The notes below the pieces were generated by a model. That model was not told the origin of the DNA. It saw nothing but the letters and a program-made list of their open reading frames with translations, and made no database searches. Below are positions 1 through 9,715 of a stretch of DNA of 64,000 bases, in pieces. Source of the stretch: an uncultured Candidatus Bathyarchaeia archaeon (lineage in GTDB: Archaea; Thermoproteota; Bathyarchaeia; Bathyarchaeales; DTEX01); assembly GCA_964584965.1 (NCBI GenBank), contig CAZPBM010000068.1, forward strand, positions 2,660 through 66,659, written 5' to 3'. Both the position numbers and the translations under genes were made by a program. The first letter of the stretch is position 1; every line of letters starts with the position of its first letter.

Positions 1-396
1 GAGTTGTCTTTTTAGGTTTAGGCCTTTGATTTCTATGATGACGAGTTCAGCCAAGTAGAGTGTGCGGCATCCGTCTTCAAGGTGCCCTGCGTATGCTTTT
101 TCTGAGTCTGAGACGACGATGTGTAGGTGGGGTTCACCGTTGGCTATTATGCCGCTGATGCTTGCGAGCTCCAGTGGCTTATCCTTCCAGTGTTCAAATT
201 TATTTTGCGGCGGATAACCCGTCGTCGTAACATAGTGAATCCTGTACTGATCAAGGGTGCCAACTGCGGAAACAACGACTGCGTCTCTAATTTCTTCTTT
301 TTCAATAACTTCTTTGATGCTTTCAAGCACGAAGTCGCCTGGCTCAAGACTTAAAGCGAAGACCTTGCCGATTTCTCCCTTAGAGAAGTATTTCAT
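1..396 (-). CDS. PPC/DUF296 (PCC) domain protein, 3' end beyond window edge
   Basis: The minus-strand frame is open from ATG 394-396 to position 1. I translated it by hand and found no stops. It is missing from the ORF track because it has no stop inside the window. The sequence MKYFSKGEIGKVFALSLEPGDFVLESIKE...LELASISGIIANGEPHLHIVVSD...GHLEDG matches the PPC-domain pattern. Confidence 0.6.
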   Translation of the reverse strand, partial: MKYFSKGEIGKVFALSLEPGDFVLESIKEVIEKEEIRDAVVVSAVGTLDQYRIHYVTTTGYPPQNKFEHWKDKPLELASISGIIANGEPHLHIVVSDSEKAYAGHLEDGCRTLYLAELVIIEIKGLNLKRQL

Positions 397-401
397 GGCG
401 C

Positions 402-890
402 CTACTCCTTGTGGCTGTGCAACAATTCAATTATGCAGCCTAGCTTAGTCTTGGAATCCACGTACGTGTAGCATCCGCCTCTGTAGTCGCCTTTCTGTTC
501 GACTCCGATGCCCTCTTTCCTAAACTTTTCCAGCGTTCCATCGAGGTCCTCAACCTGGAAAGCTATGTGGTGAAGCCCCTCGCCTTTCTCGTCAAGGAAC
601 TGCTGCCACGTGCTCGGTCCACCGACAGGTTCGATGAGCTCCAAAACTATGTTTTCGAACGGAAAAAATGTAAGCTTCGCTCTTGCCCTTGTCGGCTTAC
701 CATTAAACGTGGCGTGGGTTGCCTCGTATCCCTCGGTTTCGGAAATCGGATTTTCTTTAACGCCTAAGAGTTTCGCCCACTCTGAACGGGCCTTTTCTAT
801 GTCCCTAACAACGATGCAAATTTGCGTGACACGTTTGAACTTTTCATCAGTCATTCCTTTCGCCTCAGTATAATTTAGTTTAACAATCAC
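402..890 (-). CDS. VOC/glyoxalase-family protein (methylmalonyl-CoA epimerase-like)
   Basis: The 162 aa ORF contains ICIVVRDIEKA...LELIEP...LHHIAFQVEDLD, which is typical of the paired beta-alpha-beta VOC fold. It overlaps the upstream gene by 4 nt. Confidence 0.7.
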   Translation of the reverse strand: MIVKLNYTEAKGMTDEKFKRVTQICIVVRDIEKARSEWAKLLGVKENPISETEGYEATHATFNGKPTRARAKLTFFPFENIVLELIEPVGGPSTWQQFLDEKGEGLHHIAFQVEDLDGTLEKFRKEGIGVEQKGDYRGGCYTYVDSKTKLGCIIELLHSHKE

Positions 891-1570
891 AGTTTGATGC
901 CTGCTTTGTCAAGATATGGCTTTTGGGATTCTCGGTCTAAGTTCAGCTGTTTCTTAGCTCTTTCCAGAACTTGCACAGCGACCTTTTTCGGAACAACCAC
1001 GACGCCGTCGTCGTCGCCGACCAAGATGTCTCCTGGATTAACGTTCGCTCCTCCAACAGTAATAGGAACATTCACGTTTTCAGGCTTGATCTCGATTCTT
1101 CCAACAACCTCTGTTCTTCCAACCGCTCTGCAGAAAACAGGAAACTGGATTTTCCGTATTTCGTTCGTGTCTCTGCATCCGCCGTCGAGAACTATGCCCT
1201 CAACACCTTTCGCCTTAGCTGACAGGCCTACCATGGATCCCCAGAACCCCACATCGTTGTACCCGTCCAAGTCCACAACAATGACAACTCCAGGACCAGC
1301 GTGCTTCATGAAATGCTCGTAGTTCGCTCTTTTCCCATACCACTCAACAGCGTACCTATCGTACTCTTCAGGAGTTAATGACGGAAACTCTTCCTGAACC
1401 CTGTTCGCCCGCACGGTCACAGCGTACCCAGCCATCCTTATGCCCGAGTAAAGAGGCTTTATCTCGTTTGATACAAGAACGCGGTCGTGAAAGCCATAGC
1501 GGTCCAAAGCATCAACAACGTCAGCAACCCGAATTTCTCTATACTGCTTAACAATCTCAAGGTCTTGCAA
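887..1570 (-). CDS. RraA-family protein (RraA / HMG-CHA aldolase-like)
   Basis: The 227 aa ORF contains VADVVDALDRYG...GYAVTV...VIVVD...FWGSM...GIVLDGGCRDTNEI...FPVFCR, which are RraA/demethylmenaquinone-methyltransferase-like family motifs. Confidence 0.7.
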   Translation of the reverse strand: MQDLEIVKQYREIRVADVVDALDRYGFHDRVLVSNEIKPLYSGIRMAGYAVTVRANRVQEEFPSLTPEEYDRYAVEWYGKRANYEHFMKHAGPGVVIVVDLDGYNDVGFWGSMVGLSAKAKGVEGIVLDGGCRDTNEIRKIQFPVFCRAVGRTEVVGRIEIKPENVNVPITVGGANVNPGDILVGDDDGVVVVPKKVAVQVLERAKKQLNLDRESQKPYLDKAGIKL

Positions 1571-2148
1571 TCACAATTCACCTACCAAGCATTTCAGATT
1601 GTTGTAAGTATTTAGGGTTACTGTAAATAAAAACCTCACCACCCTCGCGCAAAAACCGGCTGCGACGAAAAACCTTTTCACCTTGAGTTTTCAGGTTCTG
1701 TATAAATCCTGAACCTCATGCGTGGTTTTTTCCCATCCAGAGGGTATCCACCATTTTCCAGCAACAAGCGAAAAAGGAAGGGCTTTTATTTTTGCCATCT
1801 CTCACATTATTATGAAAACAATCAATAATACGCTAGAACAAAGCCTTCCAGAGAAAACCTGCAAATCCATGCCACTTATAACTTCATTTTGGTTTAGAGA
1901 CGACTTAAAGTAATGTGCCTCCACCTCTAAGTCATAACAAATTCATACTATGACTGTTCATTCCCGCATAAACTTCCTGCCATAATATGTTTCGATGGCA
2001 TCTATCAATGTAGCATACCACTAAAAGTTTAAACTATGAACAATAAAAATACAACGCTCAGATATTTCTTTCATACCAAAAACTGAATAATGATGAAACG
2101 TATTCTAATTTCAAACAACGGAACGTGACGAAACGAGGACAGACGTGG

Positions 2149-2694
2149 ATGGGAACTTTTGACCTCGTAGTTGGCGGCATATACGCAAGGATAAGGAAAA
2201 CAAAGGCTCTGTTAGGCTCATACCCGAACTTTAACAAAATTAACGAAAAGTTGTGGGTCGGAGGCATAAACAACCCTAAGCTGTTGGCAGACCAGAACTT
2301 CAATCTCGTGATCGACCTCAGAGAAATTAATGATTCAGACTACCAGAATTTTCTTAGAAATCAAGGTGTGGAATATGTTAGCTTTGAGATACCTGACCGT
2401 TACGGAGCTCCACCACACGTTCTAGCCAAAATCGTTGAAATAATCGACGAGAAAGTCAGTCAAAACAAGAAAGTCCTAGTTCACTGCAACCTCGGAAGAG
2501 GGCGGTCAGCCCTTATAGTCGCAGCGTACCTTGTAAGCCGAGGAATGACCTCGGAAGAAGCGCTGAAGACTGTTAAGAGGGGAAGAAGCGTTACGTACCT
2601 TAACCGTAGGCAGATGCAGGCTCTAATCGAGTTCGCAGAGTGGTTTCAGCAGCATCCAACAAAGACTAAGCATGAGAAAACACCCGTTGTTTGA
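2149..2694 (+). CDS. dual-specificity protein phosphatase (Cys-based, HCX5R)
   Basis: The P-loop VLVHCNLGRGRSALIVAAYLV matches HCxxGxxRS. The ORF track opens at GTG 2125. I prefer ATG 2149, but the start is uncertain. Confidence 0.7.
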   Translation: MGTFDLVVGGIYARIRKTKALLGSYPNFNKINEKLWVGGINNPKLLADQNFNLVIDLREINDSDYQNFLRNQGVEYVSFEIPDRYGAPPHVLAKIVEIIDEKVSQNKKVLVHCNLGRGRSALIVAAYLVSRGMTSEEALKTVKRGRSVTYLNRRQMQALIEFAEWFQQHPTKTKHEKTPVV

Positions 2695-2799
2695 CATTTA
2701 AGAGAAGAAACACTTTCAACAGGCACAGTCAATGATGATATAGAGGATGGATAGAGCGGGATAAACCTCGCGTTAAGGGTAACAAGGAAACGTGGAATA

Positions 2800-3519
2800 T
2801 TGGGCGAAGAATACTTTGAAGCAGGTCCATATGGCAGACAAAGCCGTTTGATCATAAAGAGAAACTACAAGATCCTATTTGACCATGGAAAAGCCGTCTT
2901 TCCACACCTTTTCGAAAAGAAGCTGAAAATGCTGGATTTCGGATGTGCACTTGGAGTCGGAACATCTTGGCTTTCAAAACAAGTTGAAGGCACAGTCATA
3001 GGGGTTGACATAAGTGACTACGCAATTCAAAAAGCTAAGACTCTGTTTCCTTGCAGTAACATGTTTTTCTATAGACTGGATCTTTCGAAGTCACCTGACG
3101 CCAAATTTCTAGTGGCAAAACACGGACTTTTCGACGTGGTTTTTTCCAGAGACACGATAGAGCACATACCAAGAGAGAAACAAAAGGCGGTACTTAGAAA
3201 CCTTTTTCGCCTATTAACAGACAACGGCGTCATATTGGCAAGCGTGGCCAACGGCCTAAACCCGTACTCATACTTCTGCGACAAGACGCATGTTGGATTG
3301 AGGACGCCTTTGGCCTACAGCAATCTTTTCAAAGAATTAGGCTTCAAGATCGTCAAATCCTTTGAAAAACAGGGGATACCAGTGTCGCGCAGATCTAAAG
3401 AAGATGAACTGCTAATAGAGGTTACAATTCCCCTTTTTGGATTTGTAATCTACATATTCGCCCAAAAGAAGGTGGGGCAACGATTTACCAATCTAGACAA
3501 CCGAACTACTGTTAACTAA
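2800..3519 (+). CDS. class I SAM-dependent methyltransferase
   Basis: MLDFGCALGVGTSWL is motif I (xLDxGCGxG-like), followed by FDVVFSRDTIEHI. A TTG start is required, so the start is uncertain. Confidence 0.65.
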   Translation: MGEEYFEAGPYGRQSRLIIKRNYKILFDHGKAVFPHLFEKKLKMLDFGCALGVGTSWLSKQVEGTVIGVDISDYAIQKAKTLFPCSNMFFYRLDLSKSPDAKFLVAKHGLFDVVFSRDTIEHIPREKQKAVLRNLFRLLTDNGVILASVANGLNPYSYFCDKTHVGLRTPLAYSNLFKELGFKIVKSFEKQGIPVSRRSKEDELLIEVTIPLFGFVIYIFAQKKVGQRFTNLDNRTTVN

Positions 3520-3618
3520 CATGAAGTAAAAATAAAACGATTAAGAAACACAGCACACTAAAATAGTAGCCTCGATATATGTAAGCTTACAAAGTTCCAT
3601 GTAAAGGGAAACGGATTC

Positions 3619-4599
3619 ATGAAAGCTGATGGGAAAATCTTGGAAAAACAGGTCTTGGTAACAGGTGGCGCTGGCTTCATAGGAAGCTACCTTGTGGATG
3701 CCCTTATGAAACAGAACGGTTCGGTGTGTGTACTTGATAACCTAAGTAGCGGCAACTTAAAAAACATAAATCAGTGGCTTGGCAACAGCGGATTCAAGTT
3801 TCAGAAAGGCGACCTCCTAAATCGGGAAGATGCCGAGAAGGCGGTGGAGGACTGTGAGGTGGTTTTTCATCTCGCAGCTAATCCAGAGGTTCGATTAAGC
3901 TCTGTGGCGCCAGAGGTTCATTTTGATCAAAACGTCGTGGCGACCTTCAACCTTTTAGAGGCTGTCAGAAGGTTTGGAAAGGCAAAGTTTTTCGTGTTCA
4001 CCTCGTCCTCAACGGTCTACGGAGACGTGTCGCAAATTCCTACACCTGAAGACTACGCTCCACTAGAGCCTATTTCCGTCTATGGCGCTTCGAAACTCGC
4101 TTCAGAAGCTCTAGTCATGGCGTATGCCAATACATATGGTTTTAATGCAGTTATTTATCGCTTTGCCAACATCGTTGGACCAAGGAGCAAACACGGCGTC
4201 ATATACGACTTTATTAGGAAACTTCACTATAACCCGTATGAACTTGAGATTCTTGGAGACGGAACACAATCCAAGTCTTACCTCTACATTGACGACTGCA
4301 TCGACGCAATTCTCTTCAGCTATGCAAAGGCAAAACGTTACGTCGAGGTTTACAATCTAGGTTCCGAGGATAGAATAGACGTAACGCTTATTGCGCACAT
4401 AGTAACCGAGGAGATGGGACTAAGGAAAGTGCAGTTCCGTTTCACAGGCGGCATAGACGGCGGAAGAGGATGGAAGGGAGACGTGAAACACATGCTGCTG
4501 GCAATCGAAAAACTCAGGTCCATAGGGTGGACGCCTAGACTTAGCAGTGCTGAGGCTGTCAGAAAAACTGTAAGAGCCATGCTTAACGAGCTCAAGTAA
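3619..4599 (+). CDS. NAD-dependent sugar-nucleotide epimerase/dehydratase (SDR, UDP-glucose 4-epimerase-like)
   Basis: The N-terminal VLVTGGAGFIGSYLV matches GxxGxxG, and YGASKLASE matches the YxxxK catalytic motif. Confidence 0.8.
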   Translation: MKADGKILEKQVLVTGGAGFIGSYLVDALMKQNGSVCVLDNLSSGNLKNINQWLGNSGFKFQKGDLLNREDAEKAVEDCEVVFHLAANPEVRLSSVAPEVHFDQNVVATFNLLEAVRRFGKAKFFVFTSSSTVYGDVSQIPTPEDYAPLEPISVYGASKLASEALVMAYANTYGFNAVIYRFANIVGPRSKHGVIYDFIRKLHYNPYELEILGDGTQSKSYLYIDDCIDAILFSYAKAKRYVEVYNLGSEDRIDVTLIAHIVTEEMGLRKVQFRFTGGIDGGRGWKGDVKHMLLAIEKLRSIGWTPRLSSAEAVRKTVRAMLNELK

Positions 4600-4851
4600 T
4601 AAAGCGACTATTCTGCAGCATAAAGTCCAACATGTCTTGACACATAGGCCAATGTTGTGCTTGGGTCAGAAGAACTTTTCATGCACGCTGGATGCTACAT
4701 GAACGTATTTTGTGTTTCGGGTAACCTAGTTTTTGGCCAGTCCGCATAGAAGCCTAAAGCTAATGAATCGCGTAATGGTGTAACATACCCCTTTTTAAGC
4801 ATCTGGTTCCAATATACAGCTTAGCCCGAACAGTTGTGTAGGTGTTTTGAC

Positions 4852-5463
4852 ATGGAAGAAAAACCAGTTATGGAAGAAATCTGCAAGATGCTTAAAAAAA
4901 CAAATGCTTTGGAGTTTGGCGCCTTCAAGCTTTCTAGTGGAAGAACCACGCCTTATTACGTGGATCTTAGGGTTATACCGAGCTTCCCAGACATTTTTCA
5001 AAGAGTCGTGGACATGATGACGGATGCTTTAACAAGGGAACTCGACGTAGGCTCCATCAGTAGGATAGCGGGAATACCTATATCTGGAACCCCGTTCGCT
5101 GCGCTGTTAGCATTCCGTTTGAGGAAGCCCTATATTTATACGCGGCAGACACTTCGCCTTCGAGGTAGAGAACGAAGAGTTGAAGGGGTTCTTGTGCCAG
5201 GAGACCGCGTCTTGCTGGTTGACGACTTGGCAACAACGGGTCAAAGCTTACTTAAAGCAGCCTTGGCAATAAGAGCTGAAGGTGGACTGGTTTCTGACGC
5301 TTTTGTTTTTCTAGACAGGGAAGAAGGCGCTTCAAAAAGACTTGAGAAGAACGGCATAACTCTTCACCGTGTTCTGAGGATGAGTGAGGCAGCTAGAACG
5401 CTGTATGAGCTAAGTGTAATCGACGAGGAGCAGCTGGACATAATACTGAAACAAATAAGGTAG
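4852..5463 (+). CDS. pyrE: orotate phosphoribosyltransferase
   Basis: The ORF contains LEFGAFKLSSGRTTPYYVDLR and the PRPP-binding loop VLLVDDLATTGQS. I prefer ATG 4852 to the TTG at 4834. Confidence 0.8.
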   Translation: MEEKPVMEEICKMLKKTNALEFGAFKLSSGRTTPYYVDLRVIPSFPDIFQRVVDMMTDALTRELDVGSISRIAGIPISGTPFAALLAFRLRKPYIYTRQTLRLRGRERRVEGVLVPGDRVLLVDDLATTGQSLLKAALAIRAEGGLVSDAFVFLDREEGASKRLEKNGITLHRVLRMSEAARTLYELSVIDEEQLDIILKQIR

Positions 5464-5466
5464 GTT

Positions 5467-6777
5467 TTGGAGCAGCCAGTCCATTTGAGGATAACCGAAA
5501 TAGACGAGAGAACATCTTCGTCTTCTAATGGCCAGAAAAAGCTAGTCGTGTTCGACGTCGAAGGAGTAATTATTCCCAAAGGCAAATTCTTGCTCTTTGA
5601 TGTTGCGGGTCAAAAAAATCTAAAATCCTTTCTGGCAGCGTCTTCCCTTGGCCTTCTTTACGAAGCCGGTCTAACGCCTCTTAAAAAGACTTTAGAAGAC
5701 CTCTACATGGCTCTAAAGGGTTATGAGCTAAACCGGTTTCTCGCCATTTTCGAGGATGTACCCTTGTTGCCTGGCGTTGAGGAAACGTTTAGGGAACTTG
5801 GGAAATCAGGAGTCAAGACAGCTCTTATCAGTTCAGGAATTCCGAGGGTTGCATTAGAGAAGCTTGGTCAAAGGCTTGGAGTGGATTTTGTTTCTGGCTT
5901 AGAAATAGGCGTGTCTGGCGGAGCTTTGACCGGTGAGGTTTGGGGAGATGTTATCGAACCTGATGGGAAGGCTACTGCTTTAAGGAAGATGGTCGAGGAA
6001 AACAATTTGGGTTCTTATTATCGGGTGGTGGTTGCGGATGACAGAAACAACCTTTCCATGTTCAAACTTTGTAACCTAAGAATAGGGTACAATCCTGATT
6101 ATGTTTTAAGCTGCAAGTCAGATGTTGTTGCAAGGGGGGAACTTACAACTATTATTCCCACTATTAAATGTGGAGTCTTGCCTCGGCTAGATCGTCATCT
6201 ATCTCGAAACACGTGTATACGAGAAACCATACATATGAGTAGTTTTTTTGTTTCTTTTGTTTGTATGTACCTTCTTAGCCGCTACTTTGTTGCCTTTTTA
6301 ACTCTATTGCTAACAGTGCTCTACGCATCTTCTGAAGTGTTAAGAATGCTTGGAACATACATACCGTTTTTCACAAACGTAACAAAGCTTGCTGCGCGAA
6401 AGTCGGAGTACCAAGAGTTCGTTTCCTCCCCGTTGTTCTTTGCCATAGGAATCATGCTGTCTCTTGTGGTTTTTCCTGAACCTATAGGCTACGTTTCTGT
6501 TGCAGTCCTTACCTTAGGAGATGGCTTCGCGTCAATCTTCGGGCAAAAATTCGGAAACAAACAAATACCGTATAATAAAATAAAATATGTGGAAGGAACT
6601 TCATTCGGGTTCATATTTGCCTTTCTCGGTTCTATGTTGTTCGTTCATCCATTTAAGGCATTAATCGCGTCAGCTGTTGGTATGTTCATTGAGTCTTTGC
6701 CATTGCCGTTGAACGATAACCTCGTAATTCCGCTTTTTTCGGGACTTGCATTGGTCATTTATTCAGGCATTATTTAG
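5467..6777 (+). CDS. fusion protein: HAD-IB (SerB-like) phosphatase domain + C-terminal polytopic dolichol/polyprenol kinase-like (COG0170 / CTP-transferase family) domain
   Basis: The N-terminal half carries HAD motifs: VVFDVEGV (motif I with E at the D+2 position), TALISSG, GKATAL and VVADDRNNLSMF. The C-terminal half is hydrophobic and contains LGDGFASIFGQKFG...KYVEGTSFGF, the pattern of Sec59/phytol-kinase/CdsA-type enzymes. The TTG start lies 3 nt after the pyrE stop. Confidence 0.55.
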   Translation: MEQPVHLRITEIDERTSSSSNGQKKLVVFDVEGVIIPKGKFLLFDVAGQKNLKSFLAASSLGLLYEAGLTPLKKTLEDLYMALKGYELNRFLAIFEDVPLLPGVEETFRELGKSGVKTALISSGIPRVALEKLGQRLGVDFVSGLEIGVSGGALTGEVWGDVIEPDGKATALRKMVEENNLGSYYRVVVADDRNNLSMFKLCNLRIGYNPDYVLSCKSDVVARGELTTIIPTIKCGVLPRLDRHLSRNTCIRETIHMSSFFVSFVCMYLLSRYFVAFLTLLLTVLYASSEVLRMLGTYIPFFTNVTKLAARKSEYQEFVSSPLFFAIGIMLSLVVFPEPIGYVSVAVLTLGDGFASIFGQKFGNKQIPYNKIKYVEGTSFGFIFAFLGSMLFVHPFKALIASAVGMFIESLPLPLNDNLVIPLFSGLALVIYSGII

Positions 6778-6863
6778 CTTAGACTTTACTCTAAAGACTT
6801 TGAGAAATTCCTTAAAAGGAAGAAATATTATTTTACTATCGGCTTCCAGAGGATTCCTTGTCA

Positions 6864-8903
6864 ATGTTGATTCGAGAGATTATACTTGAAAACTTCATGT
6901 CTTACGAGTACGCTAGGATTCCGCTTAGGTCAGGCGTGAACCTAATCTGCGGACCGAACGGCGCTGGAAAAAGCTCAATCCTGTTGGGAATTTCTGTGGC
7001 TCTGGGACAATCTTACACTGAACGTTCGAAGAAACTCAGTGACCTTATCAGGCGCGGAAAGGACGTGGGCCGTGTAACAATTGTTTTAGACAACTCGGTA
7101 AGGAACGGGAGGCGACCTGTTTTTCGGATCAGAAAAGACCAGATTTACTTGACGAGGGTTCTTAGACGTGATGGGAAATACTGGTTTGAAATTGACAACG
7201 TCCACGCCACGAAGGCTGATATTGTAAGGCTTCTTTCACACTTCGGCGTCGATCCTGACAACATGCTTATTATCATGCATCAAGACATGGCTGAACAGTT
7301 CATTGTAACTTCTCCTCAAGAAAAACTCAAACTTGTCGAAGCTGCTGCTGGGCTTGAACCCTACAGAAGGAACGTTTTAGAAGCTCAGAAGAAGCTTAGC
7401 CGAATAATAAGTCAGGAAGAATCCCTGTCAAAGATGCTTGAGTCAGCTGAGCAGACCCTTAATTACTGGCGGGAACAGTATGACAGGTTTCAGGAAAAGA
7501 AACAATTAATTTTGAAGAGACGTTTCCTTGAACGTGAACTTGCTTGGGCAGAAGTTTCGAAAAGAGAGCAAGCTGTTTCTGAGCTTGAAAAAGGACTTGA
7601 CAACGGAAGAGATCGTTTGGAAAAAGTCAATGGCGAAATTCAAATTACAGAGGCAGACGTAAATAGACTTCAGGAAGAATCAAAAGGCATTAAGAACAAT
7701 TTGCAGATCCTATTCGAGAAGAGACTTGTTCTTGAAAGGGAAAAAGCTCAACATGAAATGAACATACTTAATAGTGAAAGAAACTTGAAAAACCTTCGCA
7801 GCCTAGTTGAGCACAGCCAGAAGGGAGCCAAAAACGTTCTGTCCACGATGCTCACCATTGAAGACGAACTAAAAAAATCTGGAACAGATCTCTTACGTGC
7901 TCAAATTTCTGAACTCAAAAGCGCTGTGACCGAGATTGGCAGATGGCCTGAGTCTCTTAAGCTGCACATTGTAAGCATCGGAGAAGATGCAAAGAATTCT
8001 GTTCAAAAAATAGCGGGCCTAGATTCAGAGTTGGAGGAAATAAAGGTCATGTCTCGAGAGGCTGACCAAAAGCTCGAGGCTTTAGCTAGCCAATTGTTGG
8101 AAAAAAAGATCAGTTTAGCGTTACTTGAATACCAGAAGAAGGAGATACAAAAAGAGCTGAAGGAAACCGAGCGAAACTTTAGAATGTTGCAGGCTGATTT
8201 GGATGTCGCAGTTAAGAAGGCTGAGGAGATTGGCGCCCGCATCGTATCTTTACGAAGCGTTGAAGAAGTCTTAGATGAGATTCGAATGGTTGACGGACGC
8301 ATCGCTGCTCTTGGCGACGTCTCAATTGAAATTGAACAAATGTACGAGTCATATTCAAACCTTTACCTTGAACTTAAAGAGAAGGTGCGTGTTGCTGCGG
8401 AGAACCGCGAAAAGGTTTTGGAAGAAATCAAAACACGAATGGATGTTTGGAGAACCGTGATTCGAACCCTTCTTGACCATGTTAATTTGGAGTATCAAAG
8501 AATCCTAAATTTTGCGGTTGCTAGCGGTGCAGTACGGTTGGTGAATGACCACGACATTGAAGAAACTGGAATCGAAATACTCGTCGGCTTTAAGGGTTCA
8601 GCGCCCCTTCCGTTGAACATCTATTCGCAGAGTGGCGGAGAAAGAAGCACAGCGGTCATGGCTTTTCTGCTTGCTTTGCAGCAAAGAATTAGGTCTCCTT
8701 TTAGAGCGGTTGACGAGTACGATGTTCATATGGACCCGAAGAACCGCGAGGTGATTGCCAGCCTTCTGATATCAACGGTTGAAGGTGGAAAGGGACAATA
8801 CCTTGCCATTACGCCGAACCAAATGTACTTCGAGAATAAGGATATTCACGTAATAATGGTTCAGAACATCGAGGGAACCTCAGTGGTCAAGGAGGTTTCG
8901 TGA
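6864..8903 (+). CDS. short SMC-like ABC ATPase with SMC5/6-type head motifs (no hinge, no zinc hook)
   Basis: Head motifs are Walker A LICGPNGAGKSS, signature QSGGERS, Walker B FRAVDEYDVHMD, and QYLAITPNQ at the H-loop position. About 370 aa of charged, heptad-like sequence lies between the two head halves and contains no Cys. ATG is at 6864 and a TTG at 6858. Confidence 0.75.
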   Translation: MLIREIILENFMSYEYARIPLRSGVNLICGPNGAGKSSILLGISVALGQSYTERSKKLSDLIRRGKDVGRVTIVLDNSVRNGRRPVFRIRKDQIYLTRVLRRDGKYWFEIDNVHATKADIVRLLSHFGVDPDNMLIIMHQDMAEQFIVTSPQEKLKLVEAAAGLEPYRRNVLEAQKKLSRIISQEESLSKMLESAEQTLNYWREQYDRFQEKKQLILKRRFLERELAWAEVSKREQAVSELEKGLDNGRDRLEKVNGEIQITEADVNRLQEESKGIKNNLQILFEKRLVLEREKAQHEMNILNSERNLKNLRSLVEHSQKGAKNVLSTMLTIEDELKKSGTDLLRAQISELKSAVTEIGRWPESLKLHIVSIGEDAKNSVQKIAGLDSELEEIKVMSREADQKLEALASQLLEKKISLALLEYQKKEIQKELKETERNFRMLQADLDVAVKKAEEIGARIVSLRSVEEVLDEIRMVDGRIAALGDVSIEIEQMYESYSNLYLELKEKVRVAAENREKVLEEIKTRMDVWRTVIRTLLDHVNLEYQRILNFAVASGAVRLVNDHDIEETGIEILVGFKGSAPLPLNIYSQSGGERSTAVMAFLLALQQRIRSPFRAVDEYDVHMDPKNREVIASLLISTVEGGKGQYLAITPNQMYFENKDIHVIMVQNIEGTSVVKEVS

Positions 8904-9715
8904 TGGCAGCCGCTAAAAAGCAAGGACTCCTTGGCAGGGAAGAACTGTTGAGAATTATTGAAACTTGTCAATCCATTGAGAACAAGAGTTTAAATCCTTT
9001 CTTGGTTAATGTTGATGACCTAGTTTCGGTCATTAGACAGTATTTTCCCAATTGGAGTAACCCTGACGAGTTGTGTCTCGACGCAGAGGCTCTTAACAAA
9101 ATTGCCACAGTCATTAAGATGCAGAGTGAATGGATCAAACAGCGTGCAACCTCGCTTTACAGAGACCCATTTCTCGTCGAAGAGAAACTTCGCAGCCTGC
9201 CGATTGAAAGAATTGCTGAAGTATTTACAGAAGCTTGGCATCCACTTGTGGAACTCGAACAGGTTACCATGGGCAGTCTAGAGGCCGCATTGAGATACTG
9301 GACTGATCTTACACCTCTCGATGAAAGGTGGCGGAGAGAAAACATTCAGCTAGCTGACATTTCTCCTACATCCCGAGAGGAACTGATAAAACAGGGAATT
9401 CTGCTAACTGAGACCTTCACTGAGGAGTTGGAGAAACTGTGGAACGAATTGAAAATTATAGCAAAAAACAAGAAAATCAGATATTGGGACTTCATCGGGG
9501 CGGAAACATATAACGAAACTGTTCGAAGGGCTTATCTGACAAGCTTTCTCATAACTTACGGGTACGCGGCCCTAGAAGTAAACCCTCTTGAGGAAGAAAT
9601 TTTTGTTCAACCATTCAAGAACCAAGTTTCAAAAGAGAACACGCCGACTTTTTCTTTCCCAATCTCTATTAGTTTCGAGGAGTGGAGCCGATGGCGACAA
9701 AGCCGGGAACGTTAA
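8903..9715 (+). CDS. kleisin-like (ScpA-like) protein
   Basis: The ATG overlaps the TGA of the SMC-like gene, with GGAGG at 8891-8895. The N-terminal NVDDLVSVIRQYF...LDAEALNKIATVIKMQSEWI and the C-terminal ETVRRAYLTSFLITYGYAALEVNPLEEEIFVQP resemble the ScpA N-terminal helical domain and C-terminal winged helix. The call is pattern-level only. Confidence 0.5.
   Translation: MAAAKKQGLLGREELLRIIETCQSIENKSLNPFLVNVDDLVSVIRQYFPNWSNPDELCLDAEALNKIATVIKMQSEWIKQRATSLYRDPFLVEEKLRSLPIERIAEVFTEAWHPLVELEQVTMGSLEAALRYWTDLTPLDERWRRENIQLADISPTSREELIKQGILLTETFTEELEKLWNELKIIAKNKKIRYWDFIGAETYNETVRRAYLTSFLITYGYAALEVNPLEEEIFVQPFKNQVSKENTPTFSFPISISFEEWSRWRQSRER

Noticed and set aside
127-354. Track ORFs 127-354 (+), 147-347 (-) and 257-448 (+).
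   Set aside because: They are superseded by the longer minus-strand PPC/DUF296 frame (1-396). That frame has a clear domain pattern and runs off the window edge.
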